Below, one piece after another: positions 39,807-51,709 of a DNA stretch of 64,000 nt. Under the pieces are notes generated by a model. It was not told where the DNA came from. It saw nothing but the letters and a program-made list of their open reading frames with translations, and searched no databases. Location of the stretch: assembly GCA_039545335.1 (NCBI GenBank), contig BCIN01000001.1, positions 496,001 to 560,000 of the forward strand. The letters are read 5' to 3'. Every line of letters begins with the position of its first letter. Within the stretch, counting starts at the first letter, position 1. The translations under genes and the position numbers were made by a program. This DNA comes from Kondoa subrosea. Lineage: Eukaryota.

Positions 39807-41513
39807 ATGTCCAAATCTAGGAGTTCCTTAATCGCATGGAAGAACAAGCTCGCAAGGCAAACAACAGTCCTTCCGTCTAGCGTCGCTTCTACATCAAATC
39901 ATGTGGCTATTCCGGTCATTGTCCAACAATGGCAGCAGAGATCTGCTCGACGGGCGTTCCATCACCTGCCTTCGCATCCTGCTGGAGGTGTAGACGGTGC
40001 ATTCTTCAGCTCGACACATTCTGCGACGAACGCAACAGCAAGTCATAGCCCTAAATCTTCTTCCAATTCCTTCCATTCTCAAAACGCATTAGCCAATCCA
40101 AATGATATTGTGTCTTCTTTTGAAAGCTCTCCCTTTGATTACCCTGCACTCTCAGCAGCTCAGATCAACCAAAATCACCCTTCTTCTTCTTCATCATCAA
40201 ATACGCATCCCTTCTTACCCTTCTATCAAGGTCCAACATCTCATCATTCTGGTCAATCTTCTTCATCACCTCTGATCAAAGGAGGCAGCATCATTCCCAA
40301 ACAAACTCGATCTCCTACTCTATCCTTACAGAACGGAGCATGCGGCATCCCTAAATCTTCACACTCCCTAAAACCAAATGCCAATCCAGAACATGTAGCT
40401 CAAGCCAACATGTCAATGAAGCAAAGAGTCTTTTCAGCTACCAACCTACCGAAATATACTCTGGCTACTTCAGGCGAAACAGGCAAAAGCGTTAGTGTGG
40501 GACAAGATGCGTATTTCTTGAGACCGGATAGTTTGGGCGTGGCAGATGGAGTTGGTGGATGGGCAGGACATAAGAATGCTGATCCTGCTTTGTTTTCTCG
40601 ACTGCTTATGCAATGTTGGTTATTTTACTGTATGCGAGCTTAAAGACCTGGCTGATGGAGGTGGAAATTGGAACAGATTGTGCTGAAGAATTGGAAAGAT
40701 ATGAAGATGTTGACGATCCACTCTTTCTCGAATACTTCAATGTGGATCCTCTAGATGTCCTTCAAAGCGCAACAGACAAATGTTTGGCTGAATCGGCAAG
40801 TCGAGGACTGATTGGGTCTTCGACTGCTCTTTTAGCTGTATTGAGAAGAGATATACTCAAAGTCGCTAATCTAGGCGATTGCAATTGCTCGTAAGGCTTA
40901 TCCAAATCATCGCATTGCGATGAGAATTGAGCGAGTGGTTTACAGAGTAATACGTGGAACTGAATACCTGTTCCGAAGTGAAGAGCAACAGCATTCTTTC
41001 AATTATCCAATGCAAGTAGGACCCAAATCCAAGGATACGCCAAATAAAGATGGTCAACGCTTCGATATCCAAGTTCAGAAAGACGATATAGTGATCTTAT
41101 CTTCCGATGGGTTGGGCGATAATCTCTTCGAAGAAGATATACTAGAAGAAGTCTTACGCTTTGCTTATCCTAACTACTCCTTTTCTGAGCCGAATCGGCC
41201 TGTTCGAAGAGCTTCTTTCTCACCTCAAGCGGTTTCGGAAGCGCTGTGTACTAGGGCGAAAAGCGTTTGCGAAGATCAGATGGCGACTTCTTCTCCCTTC
41301 CAGCAGAGGGTAAGTTCGTCCTTCATCTGTGAGGATTGCTTAGCTGATATCTGGATCAGGCGATGGAAGAGGGAATCTACTACACAGGAGGTAAAAGGTG
41401 CGCGCCTGTTTTGCAAATAGCCCACGACATACGCTGACAAGATGAGCAGGGATGATATAAGCGTACTCGTGGCCGTAATACAGGATCAAGAGGATTCGCA
41501 AGATCGACGGTAG
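39807..41513 (+). CDS. PTC7: PP2C phosphatase, PTC7-like
   Basis: GQDAYF, LGVADGVGGW, GSSTA, ANLGD, EEQQHSFNYPMQ, SSDGLGDNLF, GGK.DDISVLVA. Confidence 0.9.
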
Positions 41514-41693
41514 CGCTCTCGCTCTTTCAAACAATTCATTTCCGGGTTTGTGTTATAGTTTGCACAGGGTAGTAATACTTTAGAGATTGTATAGACTTGT
41601 TCAGGTTTCCTTTTCGTTGCATAGTCCTCGGCATGATTTGTAACTGCTTTGCCCGTCATAATTGGTGATTGAGTCTCTTGTCTCGCTGCAAGC

Positions 41694-43568
41694 ATGTTCC
41701 GCAACTTTAGAGGTCGAACACCACCAACTGACCCTGTTGATGATATGGAGGAAGATCTAGGAGAGGGCGAGGAATGGGAGACTGCTTCAGAGGATGAAGG
41801 GCAAGGTGATGATTTCGACGATGATTCAGATCAAGACATGGAGCCTCGCTTGTTTCGCTTTGGCGGCACAAGGAAAGCAGAGACTGCCGCAATACCGGAT
41901 TATTGGTGGTTTAAGCCATTGGTGAGGGCATGACAGACTTTCACTGTTGGAAGAAGCTTGACAATTGAATTGGGCAGCCGAACGGTCTTTCGCCCTTATT
42001 GGAATCTCCAGACGAGATCCTACTTTCTGTTTTATCGTTTCTCGTACCTCCTCTCTTCGTCGAACCAGCAAAGAATGACCTAAACGACATAATATCGTTT
42101 TCAATGACCTGTAATCGATTCCGCGGAATGGCTCTACCTTTCTGTTTTCGGTCCATAGCTGTTCGCTTTAGGGCAGATGCACAATCAAGGCATCGTATAT
42201 CAGCAGCTCAAGCCAGATGTCATGATCATATCAAGTTTCTTTGCGAAGACCCTCTAGCAAAAGGCAGTATTCGAGCATTATGGATTGATGTGGAAGAAGT
42301 ACCTGGCGTTATTGATCTATCTCGGCAATTGGAATTACTTTTGGAAACAGTCGCTCCTCAGTTACTCATGCTCAATCTAAGAACTCTTCTTCTTACACCT
42401 CTTGCACTACGTGCCATATGTTCTGCCGCCAATCTTCAAATACTGATAATGGAAGATGGATTTCACGGAACGAAAGAATTGGCTGCTTTGTTGCTGAGCG
42501 GCGAATTGAAATTAGCAGAAATCAAGAATTTCTATGCATCCATCGACATTGTCCGAGAAGCTTCAGCTGTACCGCTGGCTTTGATCAAAGGAACGAAGAG
42601 ACTCGAGTCTTTGGTTATAAGAGGTTATCACGAGAAATTCGCCGCTGGTTGGATGCCTATTGAATTATGGTCGAGTTTGAGGTTATTGGCTTTGGATGCT
42701 GGTGGAGTATCCGATTCGGGCTTTTCTAGCTTGTTCAATCAGTTTGGAGTGCGTTCAACCAAACTGGTGGATCAATTGATTGACAGTGGAACTCATTTGT
42801 TTGGTTGCAGCAATATTCTCAGCATACGCATTGCCCACTCGAAGAAGTCATTATCGAATCTCGTCAACCAAGTATGTTGAAATGCTGTGCATTGGGAGTT
42901 GCGCTGACATCACAATAGGGAAACAAGAATTCCAATATATCGTCCATTTCCTCAAAGGTGCAACAATGCTCAAAAAGCTATCGCTCATGGTTGTCCCGCA
43001 AGGTTCACCTGAACTCTTGGCATACATCGCTACTACTCTCCCTCAATTGATCGAACTCAATATCGTAGCTACATCTTCTGCGTTTATTCTGTGGCCAGGT
43101 TCAGCTGTGAGTCCTCTCAAGTATCATGTATGTGTATTGAACTGAAGACCGGAATAGACTCAGTACGGACAAGCCTTGGCCTCTTTCCCGAAGCTAGTTT
43201 CTTTCGGTTGGAATGGTTTGCCCTTTTGTAAGTCACTCGCAATCTATATCTGAATTACGTTGATGAGTATTTCAAAAGCACACGGCGTTACTCGCAGTTT
43301 TCCAAATTTGATTGCGCCAGCTTTACAAGCCTGTTTCGAACCAAGCAAAACTATACGTTATTTCACTCTCATTAACGCTTTTGGTTCGACGGATTACTAT
43401 GGTCAACAAAGAGATCTAGGTCCTAGAACAGCAGAAGGCAAATTATCACCTCATTTGGATATCCATGGCTTAATACAATCCGCTGGGATGGCCAAAATCT
43501 TCTTCCCCAGAAGTGAAAGCAGTGTCGGGATAGAAGAAAGGAGGGATGAGCTAGAGGAGGCACTGTAA
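41694..43568 (+). CDS. F-box-like / LRR-like hypothetical protein
   Basis: PDEILLSVLSFL...SFSMTCNRFRGMALP then LxxLxL repeats. Confidence 0.6.
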
Positions 43569-43838
43569 AAGTACTTGTGCATTGATTGTATATACGTTTG
43601 TGAAGGCTAAAGTGAGGTTGAGAGTCAAGACTGAAGCAAGAAACCGAATGTTTAATGTCCGCGATAATTGCTCCTTTCCTTAGGCGATGTACACACTTTC
43701 GCCAAGTACTGAACCGCCAAGACAGGCGAAAACACTCAGAGATTGTGCTTTGTAGGTTTTACAATTCTATGTCCTACACAACATACATCAAAGATTTATA
43801 TTTGTCAAAAAAAATCGTTCACCAACAGCTGTTTGGCG

Positions 43839-44492
43839 CAGTGGAAGCGCGCAAGGCTCATAACCTTGAGGTCATTCGATGTAAGTCTTAGCCACATCAA
43901 CCTGCTTTCAAGCCCGATCTGACTTTACCTGCTTAGCGAGACGAATAACAGCTACCACAACCAATTTTTTTGGCGGTTTGGTTGGCTGTGTGGTAATCCA
44001 ATTTGTTGTTGCCGCTCCCCGTTCTTTGATCCGATTCCTTTTTACTTCTGCTACTATTCATTGAATCTGTCCTTACCTGTTTCCTACAAGCGAAAAGGTG
44101 TCAACCTCTCCTTTTGGAACCTTATTTACCTCATTGAAATCTTGTTCGTTCAAGAAAGTTAGAGCAAAGAGGCTTTACGAACGAATAACGAAAGACACAG
44201 GCAAGCTGCCTGATCTCTTCTTTGCACACACTAATCTGGCTCGAATGATTATTGCTTCAACTTCTGCCTGAGCCTGCTGCCAAAGCCGAATCGCTACCAC
44301 GCGAGATCAGGCTGATGGATCCCACAGACAACAATCCTCCTGCTTCCAAATCTGCTGTCAATCCGTCTGTAGTGCTAGTATTTGCTTCTTGTCTGAAAGA
44401 TAGGAGCTCTTCGATTCTGAAAGCTGAATGGTGTCGATCAATACTTGCATTCGGTGATTCAACTCGATTTGATTGACTGATTGATTTGACAT
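43839..44492. repeat. Left copy of ~650-bp inverted repeat
   Basis: Reverse complement of 49093-49731; I counted 3 mismatches over 43839-44247, with more divergence and a 6-nt indel further in. Confidence 0.97.
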
Positions 44493-46182
44493 GGTCATCT
44501 TGCGGAACAGGTTGATAAAAAGCGCCAGGGAGAGAATTCGAGCCAACTTCAGTCTGTTTTGCTTTGTGCGCCCATATCGCAGCTCTTTCAATGCCTGCTG
44601 TGGTTTGATTTGGGTGTATGCTGTCCTCTTCTGCACCAACCGTCGAAATATCCTCAAGCAACCCTTGTCTTTCTCCTCTCTCCATTTCAGGCAATTCAAG
44701 CATTCGCCTCTTGCTTAGAAACAATTCCTTCAAATCCAGTGTAGCCAGTAAAGTCAGAAGCGCCAGTACCAGAAGCGACAGCGTTGCGCCAAGAGCTGAA
44801 TAAGGAGTTGCGTTTGTCTCTTGCCAACCGATCTTCACATCGAAGCTACCCATACTGCCAATTTGACTAAGCTGGACTTGGCCGTTCGCAGCTATATAGC
44901 TCGAGTATCCTCTTTTATCGCAGACGAGGACTCCAGTGTTGTATTCTAGAGCGGTCACCCGCAGATCTTGAAGCCTTCGAAGAGATATGGCGGAAGACGT
45001 GACGTGGGCGGGTACCAAAAGAAGGTTGATAGACTCTTTGAGGGGGAGAGGAAAAGCAGTGTCGTGACAGATTGCTGGAGCTGCAATAATATTGAGACTT
45101 GATTTCGGTCCCGTCTTGATTTCAAGTTCAGTCGATGTCCAGTCATGTGAAATGCTTTCTACTGTGGTGCTTTCACCTATTGGTACGAGATGGTGCTTTT
45201 CGTAATCAAGAATAGACTGAGAAGAGTGCGGCCCGACGACAAAGAGAGAATTTGTTCTGATGGTGCCATTGGACCTTGCAAATGTCGCAGCTACATATGA
45301 GCCGGAATTTCTGCTTATAGAGGTCAATTCTGCCAGCAAATGATCATATTCCGCGTCTTGAGAGATAGAGATTGCAGTCTCGGGAAACAGCAGGATTCTT
45401 GAGCCCCGAGACGCGTGTATTTTGGCTTCGTGAAGATAGTGGGTCAAAGTCGGTTGCGTTGGGAGAAGACAAGCAACGGAGAAGACTTGACCTGGGTGCA
45501 AATCAGCCTGCTTGAATGATCCTATGGCAAAGAGCGTCAGAAGCAGGAGGATTGGCTTAGCAATAGATTTCCGCTTTGCGCCTTCCGATGCAGTCTTCGA
45601 ATCTTGGATCCACCTGAAAAGTTGAAATAGAGCGACCACAATCGACATGAAGCAGAAATCCAGTCCGGGTCTGCCAGATAGCGGGATAATCGGACTGAAA
45701 TGACTTATAAAGGCTGAAAAATGACCAAATAGCGCAGTCCGGCCAAGAGGGGACAGGCGAGAGAATATCTCGCAGGATACGGCCCAGAGTAGAGGCGAAT
45801 ACGCTCTTCTGCGAGGGATATAGTAGACGAAGAAGTACAGAAGAAGAGGTAAAAGAGCTACTACCAAACTTGCCAAAAGTGTGCTTGCAATTGCTTCTAG
45901 CGGGTCGACAAGATCTAGGACAGAAAACAGCCAACCAGAAACCAATCCCGCGTAAATAAGACCAAAAGTGCCGAACCAGTTGGATATCGCTGAAGATGAA
46001 TCCGTCATCTGAAACAAGCCAACAAATAGGCAGATCCCAGCAATTTCATTCGCTTGCGGAGAGCTTGCAAACAGTGTCGATAGATAAAGACCAGAGTAAC
46101 GGTAGAATGCGGTCCAGCTAGCTATAGGACTTAGCTCGCCATGTGACCAGCCGCTCTGCGCTCACACCAAGTCGTAGCCCAT
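44257..46182 (-). CDS. Apolipoprotein N-acyltransferase (Lnt)-like membrane CN-hydrolase
   Basis: Multiple N-terminal TM helices, nitrilase triad LFPETA (E), YEKHHLVP (K), ICHD (C), C-terminal TM; one short 5' intron. Confidence 0.8.
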
Positions 46183-46350
46183 GATGTCGTCGTCTCTTCG
46201 AGATGTAAAAACGGGCAGGAGATACGTACTTGATGTTGATTGCACGAATTTGCTGCGGATGAAAGCAGGCATTTATACTACGTCCCGAAGACATGAGAAT
46301 CAATGCAAACGCTCGACATGACTTATATACACGCACAATCAAGACACTAC

Positions 46351-48040
46351 TCATTCCCAATCACTGTCTTCATCGTCGCTCTTTCCGGTATCTTTGCTCT
46401 TCTTCAGCCCCTCCGCTTTCTCAGTCGACGGTACACTAATCGCTTTGCTCTCCGGTTCGCTCGAAGTGGTGGACGGGGGACCGCTGACGAGGGCGTACGA
46501 GGATTCTGTCCCTTCTTCCGAAGAGTTGCGAGGTGAGACTGCCTTTTCTATGGAAGGCGATTCAGGTTGTTCCCCCTCTTCTTTGACGACTGGAGTTGCT
46601 GTTGTCTGTGTAGCAGGTGCCTGAGGCGAAGACGGTGATTCTTCGTCTTCCATGTCCCAGCTGAAGTCGTCCTCGCTTTGCGTTGCAGCACCTTAAAGAG
46701 CAGATCAGACGCGCACTAAAAGTATGACATAAACATGACTCACTCTCGAGCACTTGTTTTCTTCTGGCTTCATCTTGCTCGATTTGTTGAAGGCGGAAGA
46801 AGTACCTCGACCAGAAGACATCCGCTGCCAGCTTCTCAGGGACTGGACGCAAACAATGAGCCCGGAACTACTGCAAGCAAGATGTAAAAACGTACCCAAA
46901 GATTCGAATGTCTTTTGGATTGCTGGACTCTCATTCTTCTCCTCTTCAATCTTCTTCTTCCAAAGCTCACTGTCCATTCCTCCCTCGCTGACGACTCTCT
47001 TCTCAAACTCTTCCCAGTCTGTGTTACCCGGCTTCTCGCTCTGACCAGGTCTTGGACTCAAGTTGGCCGCAGGGTCTACAAGGAGAATAGCAACATTGGT
47101 CTGCAATTGATGTTTGAGACCTTGTTTCCTTCCGAGTACCTCTTGCAATTTCTCCTCTTTGGCTTTGCCTTTGCCCTTATCTGCTGCTGTTGTTGCGGCA
47201 CCCGGTGAAGGAGGAACAATGGAAACTGCTGAATTGAGAAGCTTGCCAGCTTTTGACATGAATTCTTCTGGATTTTTGAAAGCTTCGCTAGATTGGGACT
47301 GCAGAGTCTGCTGAAAGGAGGTCAGATTCTTTTGCAAATTTCGGAGATTTGGGTTTGTTGATATGTTTTGCTTCAAATTGACAAGGTTTGGATTGGTTTG
47401 AATGGAAGAGGAAAGAGATTTGAAGAAAGCGGCGGCGTTGACAGGAGAGTCATCCGAAGAAGAGTTATTAGAAGGAGGCATAACTTCACCATAGAACGAG
47501 ACTGTCGGCTCCTGAGATGCACCAGGAAGGTCTGAAGAAGTAGAAGGAGGAGAAGCAACAGATGCCGCTTGACCTGCCGCTGCGGAGTTTCGTGCTTGTT
47601 CACCTAGTTTGGTCAGCTCTTCTCTTGCCTTCGACACAAATGGGGCAGAAGCTTTCTTGGCTGCTTCAGTACGTGTTTCCAACTGTTTGACAGAGGCAGA
47701 GTAGGCTTCGGTGGACTACAGATCCTTCAGCTAAGCATTCGTGCTGCAGTTTGTCAAACTCACTTGCTTGCGGAAGCTTCCCCAAAACGAAGTCAGTTGA
47801 GTTCCGACAGAGCCTAGTGACTGCATTGCTTGAGCTAGCTCAGCATCCAGTGCAGTAGCAGCCTTATTCTCAGTCTTCTGAGGCTTCGCATCTTCATCGA
47901 CAGCGGGCTCTTTCTCGTTCAGTGGAGCAGCTTGCTTGCCATGCTCCTCGGGCAGGTCAAAGCCCGCATCTGTCCATTATCAATTGATGAGTTATGCCGT
48001 CTTGCCAGGCCATTTCGATAAACGCACAGATATCATCCAT
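46351..48040 (-). CDS. BSD domain protein (Dos2-like)
   Basis: FWGSFRKQ; LVPEKLAADVFWSRYFFRLQQIEQDEARRK; acidic C-terminus DEDSDWE. Confidence 0.88.
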
Positions 48041-48263
48041 TGCGCGTTGTCAAGCAATAGGATTAGTGCTGAGACTGCCTGTAGCTCTGTGATGTGGTCT
48101 AATGCGGATATAGGGAACCTGGAGGAGATAATTGTTCAGTCAAGGTCACGGTATGTAGTTATGTGGAAACGATAGGTAGGCACAATGCAACAATTCATCA
48201 CACGAGGGCACACAACACAATTACAAGTCTCCTGACCTTTCACTTGACCCTCTGCACATTCTC

Positions 48264-48740
48264 TTAAGCGATCTTCTTGTCAGATCCTCCGGGTCTGCGC
48301 TTGAGATTGCGTTGCTGGGAGATATAGAATTGATCTGGTTTACTGTTCAGCCAGCATGCGCGTCCATGTCCACTGGATGTAAATAAGAGCGTACATCCGA
48401 TATACGCTGCTCCAAGTAATAATATTGGAGTAATGCTTGCTATAAATGTTAAGTGTTAGCAAAGCGATTGAACAGAGGAGCAGCAAGAGAACTAAGCAGA
48501 GACGAATCTAACAATGGTTGCGACTAGACTTCCAATCCGAAGAATCTTGATAGCATTGTTGCTGTAAACCTGAATCTTGGCAACTGTTGAGTTTCGCGAT
48601 GCAGGCTAAAACTTGTATTTCCTCATGTAGAGTCCCATAACTCACTCTTGAAGAATGAATCAGTCAAGCTTCCTTGAGTAACGTGGCAGACTCACAATGG
48701 CCTGGACATAGGTGGTCAACGTTTGCACAATATCCGACAT
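48264..48740 (-). CDS. Small hypothetical single-pass membrane protein (exon structure uncertain)
   Basis: ATG plus a chain of canonical introns; one model ends PILLLGAAYIGYQFYISQQRNLKRRPGGSDKKIA*. Confidence 0.45.
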
Positions 48741-48905
48741 TGTGAAGCTTCAGTAGAGAGGACGAGAGCTGGGAAGAGCGAAATGAGGATGGCGGGGAGA
48801 TGGCGAAAGGGCTATATTCACTTGAAGACAAAGTAAGCGAAAGGTACCAAAAACGATAAACAGATCCACGTCACATCCGACTCGGGTCAGTCGCGGCTGT
48901 AAGGA

Positions 48906-49313
48906 ATGACGCTACCATATGTGCATCCAGAGCGCTTCAGGCCGGATATGCTTATGATCGTGCAACACGAGAGCGGATCCGTCGGTCTAGAAAGAAGACT
49001 GAGATTTGAAGACACACTTCAACTAAGGTCAATCACTTACAGGCAGTCATCGACGCTTCCCAGTAGCCGCACAATACTGAACATACAGCAATATGTCAGC
49101 CAACCCAATCAAGGCGAATCATCGAATGCAAGTATTGATCGACAACATTCAGCTTTCAGAATGAAAGAGCTGTTCAGACAAGAAGCAAATACTAGTACTA
49201 CAGACGGATTGACAGCAGATTTGGAAGCAGGAGGATTGTTGCCTGAGGAATCCATCAGTTTGATCTCGCGTGGCAGCGATTCGGCTTTGGCATTGGGCTC
49301 AGGCAGAATTTGA
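48906..49313 (+). CDS. Short ORF whose C-terminal ~70 aa duplicate the tail of the Lnt-like protein (gene fragment or chimeric gene)
   Basis: NASIDRQHSAFR...TTDGLTADLEAGGLL...SRGSDSALA shared with 44257-44490. Confidence 0.4.
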   Translation: MTLPYVHPERFRPDMLMIVQHESGSVGLERRLRFEDTLQLRSITYRQSSTLPSSRTILNIQQYVSQPNQGESSNASIDRQHSAFRMKELFRQEANTSTTDGLTADLEAGGLLPEESISLISRGSDSALALGSGRI

Positions 49314-49731
49314 AGCAATAACCATTCGAGCCAGATTAGTGTGTGCAAAGAAGAGATCAGGCAGCTTGCCTGTGTCTTTCGTTATTCGTTCGTAAAGCCT
49401 CTTTGCTCTGACTTTCTTGAACGAACAAGATTTCAATGAGGTAAATAAGGTTCCAAAAGGAGAGGCTGACACCTTTTCGCTTGTAGGAAACAGGTAAGGA
49501 CAGATTCAATGAATAGTAGCAGAAGTAAAAAGGAATCGGATCAAAGAACGGGGAGCGGCAACAACAAATTGGATTACCACACAGCCAACCAAACCGCCAA
49601 AAAAATTGGTTGTGGTAGCTGTTATTCGTCTCGCTAAGCAGGTAAAGTCAGATCGGGCTTGAAAGCAGGTTGATGTGGCTAAGACTAACATCGAATGACC
49701 TCAAGGTTATGAGCCTTGCGCGCTTCCACTG
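49093..49731. repeat. Right copy of ~650-bp inverted repeat
   Basis: Reverse complement of 43839-44492. Confidence 0.97.
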
Positions 49732-49834
49732 GTATTGAGGGACTTGACTATAACCTTCTATTCTTCGTCCATGAACATGACTGTATCGTTGCGAGCCTCG
49801 CAGCTATCTTGACTCTATGTAGCTAGTGCAACTT

Positions 49835-51303
49835 TCATTCTCGATCAGGATTTTGCTGCCGAACAGCCTTGTTTTTATCGAATCGCAAAATGACAAAGCA
49901 GAGATCGCTCATGTTACCGATGACGAAGACGATGCTAGCCATCCAAAGCTGAAGGTGGACGGGTTTGCCCAGCATTTCCAAATCGTAAGCGAATTTCAGC
50001 CAAATGGCCTGTTTCAACAACTCGGTCAGTCGTTGGGATGCACGAATCCCACGTTACATACCTGCGAAGCAATCCAGATCGTTACTGTTGCCAGTCCTTC
50101 TTTTGCAGACATTCGCAAACGAGGTATGACAAGCGGTAAGAACCAAAGATACCACAAGAAATACTGTTTATGTATCAGCTTGAGGTATGTCTGTAGGATA
50201 CCAGGATCTTACTTGAGATGTTACAACCTTATTGAGCGTCACGAAAGCAAACGTTTGAATGAACCAAGCGAAAGCTAAGTCTTGTTGGCCATACATCAAA
50301 CCCAGGGCGCAAGTCAGACCGAGTTGAGGTACAAATCCAGCTAAAGGATTTGGCGATTTAGGCGAAGCAGATGCAAGATAGATTGGATAGAAAGCTGGTG
50401 AGAAGTTGTGCCGATGGTCCAGGCGAGTAAGATGATATAGATAGGAGTGTTCAATGAAAGGTTGACCCCATCTATTGAGACAATCAGAAGCATGACGGAA
50501 AAGATACATCATCACATACATCAGATACATGAATCCTGTCCAAGCAGCAAAGCTTGTGAGCGCCAAAGATCCGAATCGCACGACTTTGACAGAGAAGAGT
50601 GATCGAAGGAACGAAGCTGGCGAGCGCTGATCCGCACAAGCTGCGACAACGCTGACAGCGTAGATGAAGGGGTAAATCTTGGAGTGAACAGCAAGACCCA
50701 GTAGAAAAGCTGAAGTGTCCCAATTTCCGATCTCTACCGCGTACAAGCATCCGAGTACTATTACTCCAAGGACAGCTTCTGATGATCCTCGAGTTGAAAT
50801 GTTGATTACCATCGGATTGAAGAGCCATATTGCGTTCACAAGCCATCCAGCATGCTTCACTTTCTTCTTCGCAAGTATCTGACGCAAAAGATAGCAGATC
50901 AAAAGATCACAAAGGCCAAAGAAAGCTTTGCCAAAGAGCGGATGTAGGAATTCGTTCGGTGTCAAGATCAATGCCAACAACGGCGTATAGCGATACGTAG
51001 CGCGTCTATACGGATCCCCTAGAGATATGTATTGGCCCAGAAGACCTGAAGCTTGATTGCCAGAAGTCGGTCGAGCGATATAGCGAGCAGCATCTGAGAA
51101 GACATTGTAGTCCACATCCGTGTACTTGAAGGCCGTTCGGTCCTGCCAGACGCCATAGACGATGAATACGAGTCGCACGAGACCACCATAGAACAGATGG
51201 AGCTATCCCGGTGTCAGCTTTTTGAACAATTTCTCACGCAAGCTTAACTCACTGCACTGCTTGAAAGCTCAAAAGCTGACCTCTCTCGCACTTTCGTTGC
51301 CAT
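49835..51303 (-). CDS. GPI14: GPI mannosyltransferase 1 (PIG-M)
   Basis: KYTDVDY.VF.DAA, PY.RATYRYTPLLA, ISTRGSSE, YHLTRLDHRHNFS, NKVVTSQYFLWY. Confidence 0.96.
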
Positions 51304-51709
51304 ACGTTCAGATGCCCAGAATCACAGCAATTCTCATCTGTCGTCGAGATTGGACAAGCATGCTGCTCCTCTTACTGCTCCTTACGTAATCTAGAGCTCG
51401 CCTTTGCAGCTTTGCTTACGCTCTCATCTCTTCAGTCTCGTAAGCGCTTTGCAAGCTCACTAGAGCAGACTATTGTGCTATATCCTCGACGAAAATTCCT
51501 GATGCTCGAAGAACATAACTGTCTTGCCGTCGATATACGACCAAGCACTGAGAGAATTTACCAGCTGAGATTTATAGACAATTGCGCGCGCTGCATTGCA
51601 TTTGCCAATAAATTACTAAAGGGTATCACTATCGAAAGCGATATTTTACCAATATCTAACCGCGAAAACAAGGATTAGAATCAATCCCAGCGAAGACAAA
51701 GGAGACAAC

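Noticed and set aside
43963..43973. AATTTTTTTGG Sm-site-like motif suggesting an snRNA or telomerase RNA
   Set aside because: No other snRNA hallmark or telomere template recognised; a short T-run is expected by chance
43831..49739. Inverted repeats as TIRs of a hAT/Mutator-type gene-capturing element (termini CAGTGG)
   Set aside because: Flanking 8-mers GTTTGGCG and GTATTGAG match only 5/8 although the arms are near-identical, there is no TA duplication or transposase, and the repeat contains a host gene 3' end
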